Assembly: GCA_905187695.1 (NCBI GenBank)
Contig: CAJJIY010000001.1
Coordinates: forward strand, 74,035-138,034
Source of the DNA: an uncultured Eubacteriales bacterium
GTDB lineage: Bacteria > Bacillota > Clostridia > Oscillospirales > CAG-272
Direction: 5' to 3'
DNA: 64,000 nucleotides
The notes below the pieces were generated by a model. That model was not told the origin of the DNA, searched no databases, and saw only the letters and a list, made by a program, of their open reading frames with translations. The position numbers and the translations under genes were made by a program. This document shows positions 46,682 through 56,065 of the stretch, piece after piece. Each line of letters opens with the position of its first letter. Positions within the stretch are counted from its first letter, which is position 1.

Positions 46682-48024
46682 TCTTTTAAAGCCTCTTTTC
46701 GTTTTTCGTTGGGATAGACCGCTGAAAGCGTAAACGCGCCGGGGTCAGTTCTGGAGGATAACAGATCACTCAGGAACGGTAAAGTGAGTTTTTTCAGCAT
46801 CTCAGGATAGGTAAAAATCCGGGCGCTGTCCAATACAAAGGAAAGCAACATATGGGCAATTTCCTCGGCAGAATCAAAACTTTTGATATATTCCGCGTAC
46901 TCCACGCGGCGGGCGCGCTCAAAATCCTCGGCGCAAAGCCCATTCTTTTTTACTTTTTCCAGATAAGATAAAATCGCGCTCAGCACTGCCTCCGGGTCAT
47001 CGGCCTCTCCCGAAATCTGCCAGAAAGCAAAATCTCTTGTCTGTGAAAATCCGGAGGAAAAATCCGGCGAGATCATTCCGGAATCAAGGAGTTCATTGTA
47101 AAGCTCTCCCGACTCCGAAAACAGCATTTCGGAAAGTACGGCCATCCCCGCGTCTATCAAAAGTCGTTTTTGAGGGTCGCTTTCCGGCGGCGGATTTTTG
47201 ATGCCGATGGAGAAAACAGGTTTGGCCACCTGTCCATAGGATTTTACAAACGGTTGTGCGACAGCCGGCGGTTCCGGGTGAGTAAAAAAGCGGATCGGAC
47301 CGGATTCCGGTCTTTTTGGCAGATAGCGGTCGGCCAGGGCAATGACCCGCTCTCTTTCCACATCTCCGACTACCACCAACGCCATGTTCTCCGGGCGGTA
47401 AAAAGTGCGATAGGCACGGTAAAGCAATTCCGGCGTAATTTTCAGAATGGAGTCCTCACTGCCGCAGATCTCTTCTTTGATCGGATGATCGGCATAAAGT
47501 CCGCGCAACATTCCGTAATAGCACCGGTCATAGGGATTATCCCGGCACATCCGGATCTCCTCGGCAATAATCCCCTGCTCTTTTCTGACATTTTCTTTTG
47601 TAAAATAGGGATGCCCGACAAAATCAAGCAACACGCCCAGCGCTTCCTCATATCGGTCCGTAGCCGAAAAAAGATAGACCGTACTGCTGTGAGAGGTATA
47701 GGCGTTGGCGTCCGCACCCAATGCCGCAAAATCTTCGAAAGCGTCGCGGCCGTTGGGGTTTGCAAAAAGTTTGTGCTCTAAAAAATGTGCGACCCCAAGC
47801 GGCAATTTATCCGTTTCGCCCGTTCCCAGCCGATCGTCTACCGAACCGAAACGGGTGGCAAGCAATGCGTGTACAGTAGCCGTCTTTTTGGGGAAAACAT
47901 AAATCGGGAGGCCGCTCTTGTGCCGGGTCAGACTGTAGAACTGCCCCAGCAATTCGCTATTAAAAAATTCGGGTTCGCCATTCAGACAACTGCCGGAGTG
48001 GCCGTGGTTTTGTATCGGCTTCAA
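46678..48024 (-). CDS. M16 (pitrilysin/insulinase) family zinc peptidase, catalytic-type subunit
   Basis: 448 aa. Inverted zinc motif HFLEH (HxxEH) plus a downstream Glu block. Confidence 0.85.
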   Translation of the reverse strand: MKPIQNHGHSGSCLNGEPEFFNSELLGQFYSLTRHKSGLPIYVFPKKTATVHALLATRFGSVDDRLGTGETDKLPLGVAHFLEHKLFANPNGRDAFEDFAALGADANAYTSHSSTVYLFSATDRYEEALGVLLDFVGHPYFTKENVRKEQGIIAEEIRMCRDNPYDRCYYGMLRGLYADHPIKEEICGSEDSILKITPELLYRAYRTFYRPENMALVVVGDVERERVIALADRYLPKRPESGPIRFFTHPEPPAVAQPFVKSYGQVAKPVFSIGIKNPPPESDPQKRLLIDAGMAVLSEMLFSESGELYNELLDSGMISPDFSSGFSQTRDFAFWQISGEADDPEAVLSAILSYLEKVKKNGLCAEDFERARRVEYAEYIKSFDSAEEIAHMLLSFVLDSARIFTYPEMLKKLTLPFLSDLLSSRTDPGAFTLSAVYPNEKRKEALKE

Positions 48025-49340
48025 AATTCATCCTCGCCTTCTTCGTTGCCACCGTGCAAAGAAAATACCGCGCCGAGCGAAACGCGTTTGGCCGCACGCT
48101 GCACTTCTTCCGGCGTTACAGCCTCCAGGCGCAATCGCTGGGAAAGCGGCGTTTCTCCGTCTTCCAAAAGCAGATGCGAAAGAAAGAATCGGGAAAGAGC
48201 AAGCGGACTGTCATCGCGCTGGCGGCAGGCGTTCAAAAGAGATTTCTTCGCATTTACAAATTCTTTTTCGGAAACATGACCGGCCTTCATCTCTTCAAAT
48301 TCGGCAAGAATGGCCTCTTTAGCCCGCTCCATGTTTTCCGGCTTCACGCCGCATCCGACAAACAAAAGGCCTTTGCTTGGATGAATATTGGAAGCGCAAT
48401 AATAGCAAAGGCTTTTTTCTTCCCGTACATGAAGAAAAAGTTTGGACACGGCCGATCCGCCGTAAATCTCATTCATTACACGGAAAGCCGGAGAAAGCGG
48501 GTCGTTCACACCGATATCCGAGCGAAATCCAAGTGAAAGTCGGCTCTGAGAAATCGGCATGGTCACTTCACCGGTGACCACCGGTGCTTTTTGCGCAAAA
48601 AGCGAAGTTTCAAAAACAGATCCGGCCGCGCTAAGCAATGGAAAAGCGGCCGCAAGTTGTCTGGCCACCTCTTCAGGGGGTGTGGCGCCCACATAAGTGA
48701 ACACCGGTGTGAGCGTGGAAAGAAATTCGTGATACCGCGCCGTCAGACATTCGGGAGTCAGTTTTTCCGCATCCGACAAATTGCCAATCAGTGAAAGCGC
48801 GAAAGGTTCTCCGTTGCAGAGCAATTCCCGGCAACGCGCGGCGGCAAAGGCACGCGGGCTGTTCATTTCGGCGCGGATGGCGTCGGTCAGATGCTTTTTT
48901 TCATTGTTTACAAAAGCGGCCTGAAAAAGGCCGTTCGCGTCCAGTGCCGGCGCAGTCAGAATCTCCGAAAGGAGACGGATTGCCTGCGGCAGCAGGCCTT
49001 CTTTTCCGCCCACAAATCTTGCTGCCAGAAAATCCAGCGAAAACTCCAGCATCTGACAGTCACCGAAAGCATAGTTGGAACTGGAAAGCGTCATGGAATA
49101 AAGATCACAAAGGTGTCTGTCCAAAAGCGCGCGTGTCGGATAGCGGATCGTGCCGCGGCGCAACAACTCCGGTAACATGGCGTTCTTTTGCGCAGTTTCC
49201 CGGGTCAATTTTGAAACAAAAGTAACGCCCAGCAATTCGCAGGTAAAGCGGTCGGTCGGAATCACGATCAGTTTTGAGGCCGGGCCGACCGGTAAAAGAA
49301 CAGATTCCACCGATGGATCTCCTTCTGCCCACATAGGCAA
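48021..49340 (-). CDS. M16 family peptidase-like protein, non-catalytic partner type
   Basis: 439 aa (432+ if started at ATG 49334). Insulinase-like fold order but no HxxEH. ATGA overlap with the downstream M16 gene. Start codon uncertain (TTG 49340 or ATG 49334, no clear SD). Confidence 0.72.
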   Translation of the reverse strand: MPMWAEGDPSVESVLLPVGPASKLIVIPTDRFTCELLGVTFVSKLTRETAQKNAMLPELLRRGTIRYPTRALLDRHLCDLYSMTLSSSNYAFGDCQMLEFSLDFLAARFVGGKEGLLPQAIRLLSEILTAPALDANGLFQAAFVNNEKKHLTDAIRAEMNSPRAFAAARCRELLCNGEPFALSLIGNLSDAEKLTPECLTARYHEFLSTLTPVFTYVGATPPEEVARQLAAAFPLLSAAGSVFETSLFAQKAPVVTGEVTMPISQSRLSLGFRSDIGVNDPLSPAFRVMNEIYGGSAVSKLFLHVREEKSLCYYCASNIHPSKGLLFVGCGVKPENMERAKEAILAEFEEMKAGHVSEKEFVNAKKSLLNACRQRDDSPLALSRFFLSHLLLEDGETPLSQRLRLEAVTPEEVQRAAKRVSLGAVFSLHGGNEEGEDEF

Positions 49341-49410
49341 ACATTAGATGTTTTTATTTTACACCATAAAGAAACAATATGCAAGAGCTTTTCAAAACAT
49401 TCACAGGCCA

Positions 49411-49454
49411 AAAAGAAAAAGCATCGGCTGTTTTCAATCGGAAACAGCCGATGC
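49411..49454 (-). terminator. rho-independent terminator after the Mrp/ApbC gene
   Basis: GCATCGGCTGTTT-8 nt-AAACAGCCGATGC, followed on the minus strand by TTTTTCTTTTT. Confidence 0.85.
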
Positions 49455-49477
49455 AGAAAAAAATGTTCTTTTTAACA

Positions 49478-50305
49478 TTAACCCAGTTTCTTTTCAATCA
49501 CAGAGACCGCCGGGTCAATCGGATTGCTTTCAATGTTCTCAATCCGGCCGGCGTCTACCAGCGCAGCGATGTCCGGGTCGATCGGGAGTTTGGCCAACAC
49601 CGGATAGCCGAATTTTTCGGCCACTTCGTCAATATGGCTTTCTCCAAAAACTTTCAGTTCCCGGCCGCAATCCGGGCAACGGACAAAACTCATGTTTTCA
49701 ACCAGTCCCAGTACCGGAATTTTCATCAGGTCGGCCATATTGGCCGCCTTGGAAACAATCATAGAAACCAGTTCCTGCGGACTGCTGACGATTACCACAC
49801 CGTCCAGTCGGAAAGACTGGAAAACCGTCAACGGCACATCGCCCGTTCCGGGAGGACAATCCACAAGAAGATAATCAAGATTATCCCAAATCACATCGGT
49901 ATAGAACTGTTTCACCGTTCCGGCAATAACCGGACCTCTCCAGACCACCGGGCTTGTTTCATCAGGAAGCAGAAGATTGAGAGAAATCACCTGCATTCCG
50001 CTTTTTGTCTTTGCCGGAATAAGGCCCTCTTCATCCCCCTCCACACCTTCGTGAATGCCAAACGCTTTCGGAATGGACGGGCCGGTAATATCCGCATCCA
50101 GAATACCGACGCGGTATCCTTTCCTTTGAAGCGCGATAGCCAGAAGCGAAGTGACAAGCGATTTTCCGACGCCGCCCTTGCCGCTGATAACAGCAATCTG
50201 GTGTTTTATTTTGCTTTTTTTATGAAGCGCGTCCTTTTCCGGCGCTTGCCGGGACGCGCAATCGCTCCCACACGAAGAGCAATCATGCGTACATTCTTCT
50301 GCCAT
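49478..50305 (-). CDS. Mrp/NBP35 (ApbC) family iron-sulfur cluster carrier ATPase
   Basis: 275 aa. Deviant Walker A SGKGGVGKS. Cys-rich N-terminus (CTHDCSSCGSDC). CPDC motif. Confidence 0.88.
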   Translation of the reverse strand: MAEECTHDCSSCGSDCASRQAPEKDALHKKSKIKHQIAVISGKGGVGKSLVTSLLAIALQRKGYRVGILDADITGPSIPKAFGIHEGVEGDEEGLIPAKTKSGMQVISLNLLLPDETSPVVWRGPVIAGTVKQFYTDVIWDNLDYLLVDCPPGTGDVPLTVFQSFRLDGVVIVSSPQELVSMIVSKAANMADLMKIPVLGLVENMSFVRCPDCGRELKVFGESHIDEVAEKFGYPVLAKLPIDPDIAALVDAGRIENIESNPIDPAVSVIEKKLG

Positions 50306-50370
50306 GCCTGTTTCCTTTCCTTACTTTATCTTTAATTTTCCCGCGCGGGTCTCCAATCATTCACGCGTTG

Positions 50371-50401
50371 GAAAAGCGGCACGGTTTTCCGTGCCGCTTT
50401 C
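50371..50401 (-). terminator. rho-independent terminator after the DUF1667 gene
   Basis: GAAAAGCGGCACGG-TTTT-CCGTGCCGCTTTC. Confidence 0.85.
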
Positions 50402-50413
50402 GTAAAATTGATC

Positions 50414-50791
50414 TCAGAGCTTTTCGGCACTGCCTGCCACAATCAGCGGCACGCCGGTACCCAAAAAGTCTGCTACCAGCACATCACCGGAATGAACGGT
50501 GTCCTTGATGGTCAGTTTGCGGATCTCATCCATGCCCGCAAACAGCAGTTCTTTCGGAATCGGCTTGGCCGTACGGACGGCAACCACCGGCACCGAGCAA
50601 CCGACTGCTTTGACGGAGGAGGTCAGAATCCGAACCGGATGAATGAATTCAGACTCCGCATAGGTCTGGCCGCGTTTGCACTTGTTACCGGTAACGCTTT
50701 CAATCGTTTTGGCTTCGGGATCACCCTTCACGGTAATCGTGCAACCCTGCGGGCAGGTGATGCAGATAATGTTCTTTTCCATCATGCTCAT
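50414..50791 (-). CDS. DUF1667 domain-containing protein (third subunit of GlpA-like flavoprotein clusters)
   Basis: 125 aa from MSMMEKNIICITCPQGC (AAAGGAG 8 nt upstream). CxxCPxGC motif typical of DUF1667. Confidence 0.8.
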   Translation of the reverse strand: MSMMEKNIICITCPQGCTITVKGDPEAKTIESVTGNKCKRGQTYAESEFIHPVRILTSSVKAVGCSVPVVAVRTAKPIPKELLFAGMDEIRKLTIKDTVHSGDVLVADFLGTGVPLIVAGSAEKL

Positions 50792-50807
50792 AACTCTCGC
50801 TCCTTTC

Positions 50808-52070
50808 TTAGGCATCCACAACATCAATCTTCACGGCGCTGACACCGGCAAGATCCTTGGCGGAAACCTCAACCCGTTCCATTTCGCCGGGGTTGATCTT
50901 AATCAGCTTCTTTGTGGACAGGAGCTTATCATCCGCGTAAACATTCAGAATCACATTTTTGCGGGGAGCGGCGGCGCGGAAGAAGAGCGCCGCGGGCGCA
51001 TCCGGGCACAGACGCTGCGGGCAGATATACCGGACATTGTTGCCGGGCACCGTGGGAATTTCCTTCTCGTTTTTGGGAAGCGTTCCGGCAGCGTACTGCG
51101 CGGCATAGGCACCGGCGCGAAGGCTCTCTTCAGTCACATTGTCAACCAGGTCGTTGACATGAACCACATTGCCGCAGGCAAAGACATACGGCTTGTTGGT
51201 CTGCATGAACTGGTTCACTTCCGGACCGCTGGTGACGCGGTTCATCTTGATGCCGGCCTCTTTGCTCAGCTCGTTTTCCGGAATCAGGCCGCAGGACAGA
51301 AGCAGCGTGTCGCATTCGTAGAGCTGTTCGGTACCGGCAATCGGCTTTTTGGTAGCGGGATCAACCTGTGCGATCACCACGCCCTCCACGCGCTTGTTGC
51401 CCTTGATCTCCACAATGGTGTGGCTCAGGAGAAGCGGAATACCGAAGTCCTCCAGGCACTGCACACGGTTCCGGGTCAGGCCGGCGGTATAATCCATGAT
51501 TTCAGCCACCGCCAGCACTTTTGCGCCTTCCAGCGTCATCCGGCGGGCCATGATCATGCCGATATCGCCCGAACCGAGAATGACCACACGGCGACCCACC
51601 ATCATATTCTGACGGTTGATAAGCCGCTGTGCCGCACCGGCGGTATAAACGCCTGCCGGACGCGTGCCGGGGGTCATGATGGCACCGCGGGTACGCTCAC
51701 GGCAACCCATGGCCAGCACAATGCTCTTACCCTTTGCCACAAACAATCCGTCCTTGGGGTTGATGCCGACCACCTGATGGTCGCCGACTTCCAACACCAT
51801 GGTGTCAAGCTTGTATTCAACGCCCTTTTCAATGGCTTCTTTGATGTAGCGGCGCGCGTATTCGGGGCCGGTCAGTTCTTCGTTGAAATGCTTCAGGCCG
51901 AATCCGGGGTGAATGCACTGCTCCAGAATACCGCCCAGGCTGATATCGCGCTCTACAATCAATACATCTTTCGCGCCGGCATCTTTTGCGCCGACTGCGG
52001 CAGCAAGACCCGCAGGGCCGCCGCCGACAACGATTACATCATATAATTTCTCGCCCATTGTTCGTTCCAT
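50808..52070 (-). CDS. NAD(P)/FAD-dependent pyridine nucleotide-disulfide-type oxidoreductase (GlpB-like position)
   Basis: 420 aa. Dinucleotide motifs VIVVGGGPAGL and VVILGSGDIG. The start could instead be ATG 52058. Confidence 0.82.
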   Translation of the reverse strand: MERTMGEKLYDVIVVGGGPAGLAAAVGAKDAGAKDVLIVERDISLGGILEQCIHPGFGLKHFNEELTGPEYARRYIKEAIEKGVEYKLDTMVLEVGDHQVVGINPKDGLFVAKGKSIVLAMGCRERTRGAIMTPGTRPAGVYTAGAAQRLINRQNMMVGRRVVILGSGDIGMIMARRMTLEGAKVLAVAEIMDYTAGLTRNRVQCLEDFGIPLLLSHTIVEIKGNKRVEGVVIAQVDPATKKPIAGTEQLYECDTLLLSCGLIPENELSKEAGIKMNRVTSGPEVNQFMQTNKPYVFACGNVVHVNDLVDNVTEESLRAGAYAAQYAAGTLPKNEKEIPTVPGNNVRYICPQRLCPDAPAALFFRAAAPRKNVILNVYADDKLLSTKKLIKINPGEMERVEVSAKDLAGVSAVKIDVVDA

Positions 52071-52093
52071 GCCTTTCTTTTAATATGTGTGGC

Positions 52094-53533
52094 TTATCTG
52101 ACTTTTCCCTTGATCATTTCGGAACCGGGATCGTTCTTGCAAACCTCTTCGGCAGGGATGCCCAACTCTCTGGCCAGGATTTCAATCACTCTGGGTCCGC
52201 AGAAACCACCCTGGCAACGACCCATACCGGCGCGGACGCGGCGTTTGACGCCGTCCACAGAATGGGCGCCCAATGTGCGATGAATCGCATCGCAGATCTG
52301 GCCCTCGGTCACGGTCTCGCAACGGCAGATGACATTGCCGTAACGGGGATCCTTCTTCACCAGCTCGGCTCTTTCTTCCTGCGTCATGTCGCAGAAACGG
52401 GGCGTGCCGTGACGGATCGGGTTGAAGTCGGTCTTGAACTCGGCCTTCATACCGGCCTCCAGCATCATGTCCACCGTCTTCTTGGCGATGGCCACCGAAC
52501 CGGTCAGACCCGTGGAACGAACGCCGGAAATGTTGACATAACCCTTCAGATCATCATAAAGGTCAATGTGCAGACCTTCAGGGTTGCGCTGTGCGCGCAG
52601 ACCGCAGTACTGCGTGATGGTGTCGCGGATGTTGACATTCGGGATCATCTTGCGGACATCGTTGGCAATGCTCTCCAGCCCTTCGGCATTGGTGCTCTTG
52701 TCGGTCTTGTCCAGCAGGTCCTCCGCAGTCGGGCCGACCAGCATATTGCCGTGCATGGTGGGGCACATCAGTTTGCCCTTTGTGACTTTGGTCGGGATCG
52801 GCAGTACGATCATGCCAACCTGGCAGGAAGTCTTTTTGTCCAGAATGTAGAACTGACCCTTACGGGGCGTGACATAATAATCATTTTTCCCGACATAAGA
52901 AGCAATCTCATCGCAGTAAAGGCCGGCAGCGTTGATGACATACTTGGTTTCAATGTCGCCCTTGTCCGTCTTGACCGTGGTCACGGCGCCGTCTTTGGTT
53001 TCAATGCCGGTCACCTTGGTGCCAAGAAGAAAATGCGCGCCGTTATCGGCTGCGTTCTCAGCCAGTGCGATGACCAGCAGGAACGGATCGATAATGCTTT
53101 CACGGGGAATATACAGGCCGCCCTTGACCTCAGGGTTCAGGTTCGGCTCCATCTTCAGCAGTTCCTCGCCGGTCTTGTACTCCACATCGTACACACGGTT
53201 CATCATGGCCTTGTGCTTGAGCGCGGGGAGTTTTTCAAACTGCTCCTCGGTAAAAGCGGGCAGAATCGCGCCGATTCTCTTGAAAGGAATATCAAGGTCG
53301 GCGGTCAACTTGTCATACATGGGGTTCGCCGCCACGACCAGTTCACTTTCCAGTGTGCCGGGCGCTGCGTCATAACCGGTATGGATGATCGCGCTGTTGG
53401 ACTTGGAGCTGTCGCCGCCGATATCTTCGTTCTTTTCGACAACGGTAACATCCAGTTTGTACTTGGACAGTTCGCGGGCAAGAGCACTGCCGACAGCGCC
53501 TGCGCCAATGATGACAACATCTGTCTTTTTCAT
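52094..53533 (-). CDS. FAD-dependent oxidoreductase, anaerobic glycerol-3-phosphate dehydrogenase (GlpA)-like, with a C-terminal BFD-like [2Fe-2S] domain
   Basis: 479 aa from MKKTDVVIIGAGAVGSALA. DAO-family fold. C-terminal CRCE...C...GRCQGGFC cysteine pattern. Confidence 0.82.
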   Translation of the reverse strand: MKKTDVVIIGAGAVGSALARELSKYKLDVTVVEKNEDIGGDSSKSNSAIIHTGYDAAPGTLESELVVAANPMYDKLTADLDIPFKRIGAILPAFTEEQFEKLPALKHKAMMNRVYDVEYKTGEELLKMEPNLNPEVKGGLYIPRESIIDPFLLVIALAENAADNGAHFLLGTKVTGIETKDGAVTTVKTDKGDIETKYVINAAGLYCDEIASYVGKNDYYVTPRKGQFYILDKKTSCQVGMIVLPIPTKVTKGKLMCPTMHGNMLVGPTAEDLLDKTDKSTNAEGLESIANDVRKMIPNVNIRDTITQYCGLRAQRNPEGLHIDLYDDLKGYVNISGVRSTGLTGSVAIAKKTVDMMLEAGMKAEFKTDFNPIRHGTPRFCDMTQEERAELVKKDPRYGNVICRCETVTEGQICDAIHRTLGAHSVDGVKRRVRAGMGRCQGGFCGPRVIEILARELGIPAEEVCKNDPGSEMIKGKVR

Positions 53534-53633
53534 ACGGAATCTTCCCTTCCTAATATTAAGCGCTGTCCCTTTGGGCATCGCTTTCAATTAAGCCGCCGCG
53601 ACCGCAGAAAGGTCACGGCTTCTTCAGTTTTCT

Positions 53634-53662
53634 ATTATGGCATATTTCTTTTCCTTTGTCAA
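53634..53662 (-). promoter_or_regulatory. sigma-A promoter of the GlpA-like operon
   Basis: On the minus strand: TTGACA-17 nt-CATAAT with an extended -10 TGc. Predicts a ~95-nt 5' UTR. Confidence 0.72.
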
Positions 53663-53664
53663 GG

Positions 53665-53680
53665 GTTTTTCGTGAAAAAC
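53665..53680. promoter_or_regulatory. operator-like palindrome GTTTTTC-GT-GAAAAAC abutting the -35 of the glp-like promoter
   Basis: 7-2-7 perfect inverted repeat. A related AAAAAC-ACGA-GTTTTT lies at 53748-53765. Confidence 0.4.
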
Positions 53681-53807
53681 TGCATTTTCTCCAAAAAAGT
53701 CAAAAGCTTTTTCAAAACAATTCCACACCAATTCGGGCGTTTTACGCAAAAAACACGAGTTTTTCTTTAAAATGTTGCGGATTCCAGTCAAAAACAAAAA
53801 AATCATG

Positions 53808-53835
53808 TTGACTTTTTGCGAGTTTGTGCTATACT
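53808..53835 (+). promoter_or_regulatory. sigma-A promoter of the DeoR-family regulator gene
   Basis: TTGACT-16 nt-TATACT with an extended -10 TGc. RBS GGAGG before ATG 53876. Confidence 0.72.
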
Positions 53836-53875
53836 GAATGTAAAAGTGCACAAATCATTTGAACGGAGGCAATCA

Positions 53876-54688
53876 ATGCTCACTTCGGAACGGCAAAGAA
53901 TGATCAAAGAAATGGCCCTGCAAAACGGAGAGGTCACTATTTCGGATCTGGCACAGCGTTTTTCGGTTTCCATTGAAACGGTACGGCGCGATATCAACAT
54001 TCTCTCGGAAAAAAATCTGCTCCGGAAAGTGCGCGGCGGCGCGGTACCGATCCAGTTCCCCGTCCGCGAAGACGCCTATGACATCCGTTACCGGCGGAAC
54101 CAGGCCGGAAAATTTGCCATCGGAGAGTATATCGCGGAAAATCTGATTGAAGACAATGACAGTATCGCGCTCTCCAGCGGCAGCACCATGGAGGTGCTGG
54201 CCAGCGTCATCACGGGCCGCAATCTGCTCATTGTCACCAATTCCATCAATATCGCGGATATTCTGCAAAACCGCATCCGGCAGAACGCGCTGTCGGGCGA
54301 GGTCATCATGCTGGGCGGTGTCATCCGGGCGGACGAGCACTACACCGGCGGCACCATCGCGGTGGAAATGCTTAAAAAATTCACTTTCAACAAGGCTTTT
54401 CTCGGGGTATCGGCTGTCAGCGGGCGCGACCTCATGGCTTCCAACATTGAAGAGGGCATCATCATGTCCACCATGATCGACCACGCGCGCAGTTGCTTTG
54501 TGGCGGCGGACGCCAGTAAATTCGATATCCGTTCCACCTACACCTTTGCGGATCTGGCGGAGATCGACGGCATTGTGACCGAAGAAGGCGCCGAACTTTC
54601 CGAGGAGACCTATTCTCTGCTGGAAGCCACCAATGTTCGGCACTTCCGCGCGCCGGTCGTTACGATAAATCAGGCGGAAAAAGCATAA
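53876..54688 (+). CDS. DeoR/GlpR family transcriptional regulator
   Basis: 270 aa from MLTSERQRMIKEMA. N-terminal HTH (ISDLAQRFSVSIETVRRDI) and C-terminal DeoRC sugar-phosphate sensor domain. Confidence 0.88.
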   Translation: MLTSERQRMIKEMALQNGEVTISDLAQRFSVSIETVRRDINILSEKNLLRKVRGGAVPIQFPVREDAYDIRYRRNQAGKFAIGEYIAENLIEDNDSIALSSGSTMEVLASVITGRNLLIVTNSINIADILQNRIRQNALSGEVIMLGGVIRADEHYTGGTIAVEMLKKFTFNKAFLGVSAVSGRDLMASNIEEGIIMSTMIDHARSCFVAADASKFDIRSTYTFADLAEIDGIVTEEGAELSEETYSLLEATNVRHFRAPVVTINQAEKA

Positions 54689-54713
54689 ATCTTCCGAAAA
54701 TGCGGAAAACCTA

Positions 54714-54741
54714 TTGCATTTTTCCGTTTCCGTGATATAAT
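54714..54741 (+). promoter_or_regulatory. sigma-A promoter of the pheS leader
   Basis: TTGCAT-16 nt-TATAAT with an extended -10 TGa. Confidence 0.78.
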
Positions 54742-54747
54742 GATAGT

Positions 54748-54992
54748 GTTAAACGCTGTGATGAAGTTGTCTATCCCGTGAAAAGCACCAAAGAGAGGCC
54801 GCCATTGGCTGAAAGCGGCTGTGCGGGCGGGGGAGGCTTTCGCTTCGGAGCGGATCCGGTGAATGTTTCGGTAGCCGGGTACGGCACGCCGCCGTTAGCG
54901 GCTTTGAGTGTTGGCCGCTGGCCTTCAATTCGGGTGGTACCGCGAGCGAGTTTTCGCCTCGTCCTGATTTTTCGGGGCGGGGCTTTCTTTTT
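54748..54992 (+). promoter_or_regulatory. T-box leader (tRNA-sensing transcription attenuator), presumably tRNA-Phe specific
   Basis: Elements occur in the canonical order. K-turn UGAUGA (54759-54764). AGAGA box (~54793). F-box GCCGUUA (~54891). T-box core AAUUCGGGUGGUACCGCG (54927-54944). Terminator GCCUCGUCC-9 nt-GGGGCGGGG (two G-U pairs) plus UUUCUUUUU (54956-54992). UUC triplets are present in the candidate specifier region (~54838-54850). Confidence 0.88.
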
Positions 54993-55038
54993 CCCGCTCT
55001 TCATTTCAATCCTGTCAGACTAAAGAAAGGAAAATAAC

Positions 55039-56052
55039 ATGGAAGAATTACTGGAAAAAATCAAAGCCGCGGCGCTGTTGGAACTGGCGCGCTCGGATGC
55101 GGATCTGGAGTCGCTTCGTGTCCGCTTTCTCGGAAAGAAAGGCGAACTCACGGCCGTTCTGCGCGGCATGGGCGCACTCAGTGCCGAAGAACGGCCGCGG
55201 ATGGGGCAACTGGCCAACGATGTCCGCGCCGCCATTGAAGCGGCCATTGCCGTGAGAGGCGCCGAACTGAAAGAAAGAATGCTTCAAAAACGCCTTACGG
55301 AAGAAAAACTGGATGTGACTATGCCCGGCGAAGCTCCCCGGATGGGGCACCGCCATCCCCTCAACCGCGTTCAGCGCGAAATGGAGGAGATCTTCATCGG
55401 CATGGGCTTTCAGATCGCCGAAGGGCCCGAGGTCGAATACGACTATTATAACTTCCAGGCTCTGAACATCCCGAAGAATCACCCCGCGCGCGATACGCAG
55501 GATACTTTCTATATCACCGATAACATCCTGCTCCGCTCCCAGACCTCCCCGGTTCAGGTGCGGGTCATGGAAAAGCAAAAACCGCCGATTCGGGTCATTT
55601 CCCCCGGGCGCGTCTACCGTTCCGATGCGCTGGATGCCACGCACTCCCCGCTCTTCCATCAGATGGAGGGACTGGTGGTGGACAAGGGCATCACTATGAG
55701 CGATTTGAAAGGAACGCTGGAGACCTTCGCCAAAAAAATGTTCGGCGAGAACACCAAAATCCGCTTCCGCCCGCATCACTTCCCCTTCACCGAGCCGTCC
55801 GCCGAAGTGGATGTCTCCTGCTTTGCCTGCGGCGGCAAAGGCTGCCGCATCTGCAAGGGCGAAGGGTGGATCGAAATTCTCGGTGCCGGCATGGTGCATC
55901 CTTTTGTGCTGTCCAACTGTGGCATTGATCCGGAGATTTACAGCGGTTTCGCTTTCGGCATGGGCATTGAGCGCGTGGCCATGAAGCATTACGGCATTGA
56001 CGACATCCGCCTCTTCTATGAAAATGACGAGCGGTTCCTCAAGCAGTTCTGA
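55039..56052 (+). CDS. pheS: phenylalanine--tRNA ligase subunit alpha
   Basis: 337 aa. Class II aaRS motifs 2 and 3 ([23 protein letters not shown]). Confidence 0.96.
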   Translation: MEELLEKIKAAALLELARSDADLESLRVRFLGKKGELTAVLRGMGALSAEERPRMGQLANDVRAAIEAAIAVRGAELKERMLQKRLTEEKLDVTMPGEAPRMGHRHPLNRVQREMEEIFIGMGFQIAEGPEVEYDYYNFQALNIPKNHPARDTQDTFYITDNILLRSQTSPVQVRVMEKQKPPIRVISPGRVYRSDALDATHSPLFHQMEGLVVDKGITMSDLKGTLETFAKKMFGENTKIRFRPHHFPFTEPSAEVDVSCFACGGKGCRICKGEGWIEILGAGMVHPFVLSNCGIDPEIYSGFAFGMGIERVAMKHYGIDDIRLFYENDERFLKQF

Positions 56053-56065
56053 AAGGAGTTAGACC

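Noticed and set aside
50676-53770. Two long plus-strand ORFs (456 aa and 594 aa) across the GlpA-like operon.
   Set aside because: They are antisense to well-supported flavoprotein genes, with low-complexity translations. Shadow ORFs.
53624-53851. 75-aa minus-strand ORF in the glp-like/DeoR intergenic region.
   Set aside because: It lies across two predicted promoters and the operator-like palindromes, with AT-rich low-complexity sequence and no RBS.
54771-55023. 77-aa and 81-aa ORFs upstream of pheS.
   Set aside because: The region is fully explained by a T-box leader RNA with all canonical elements.
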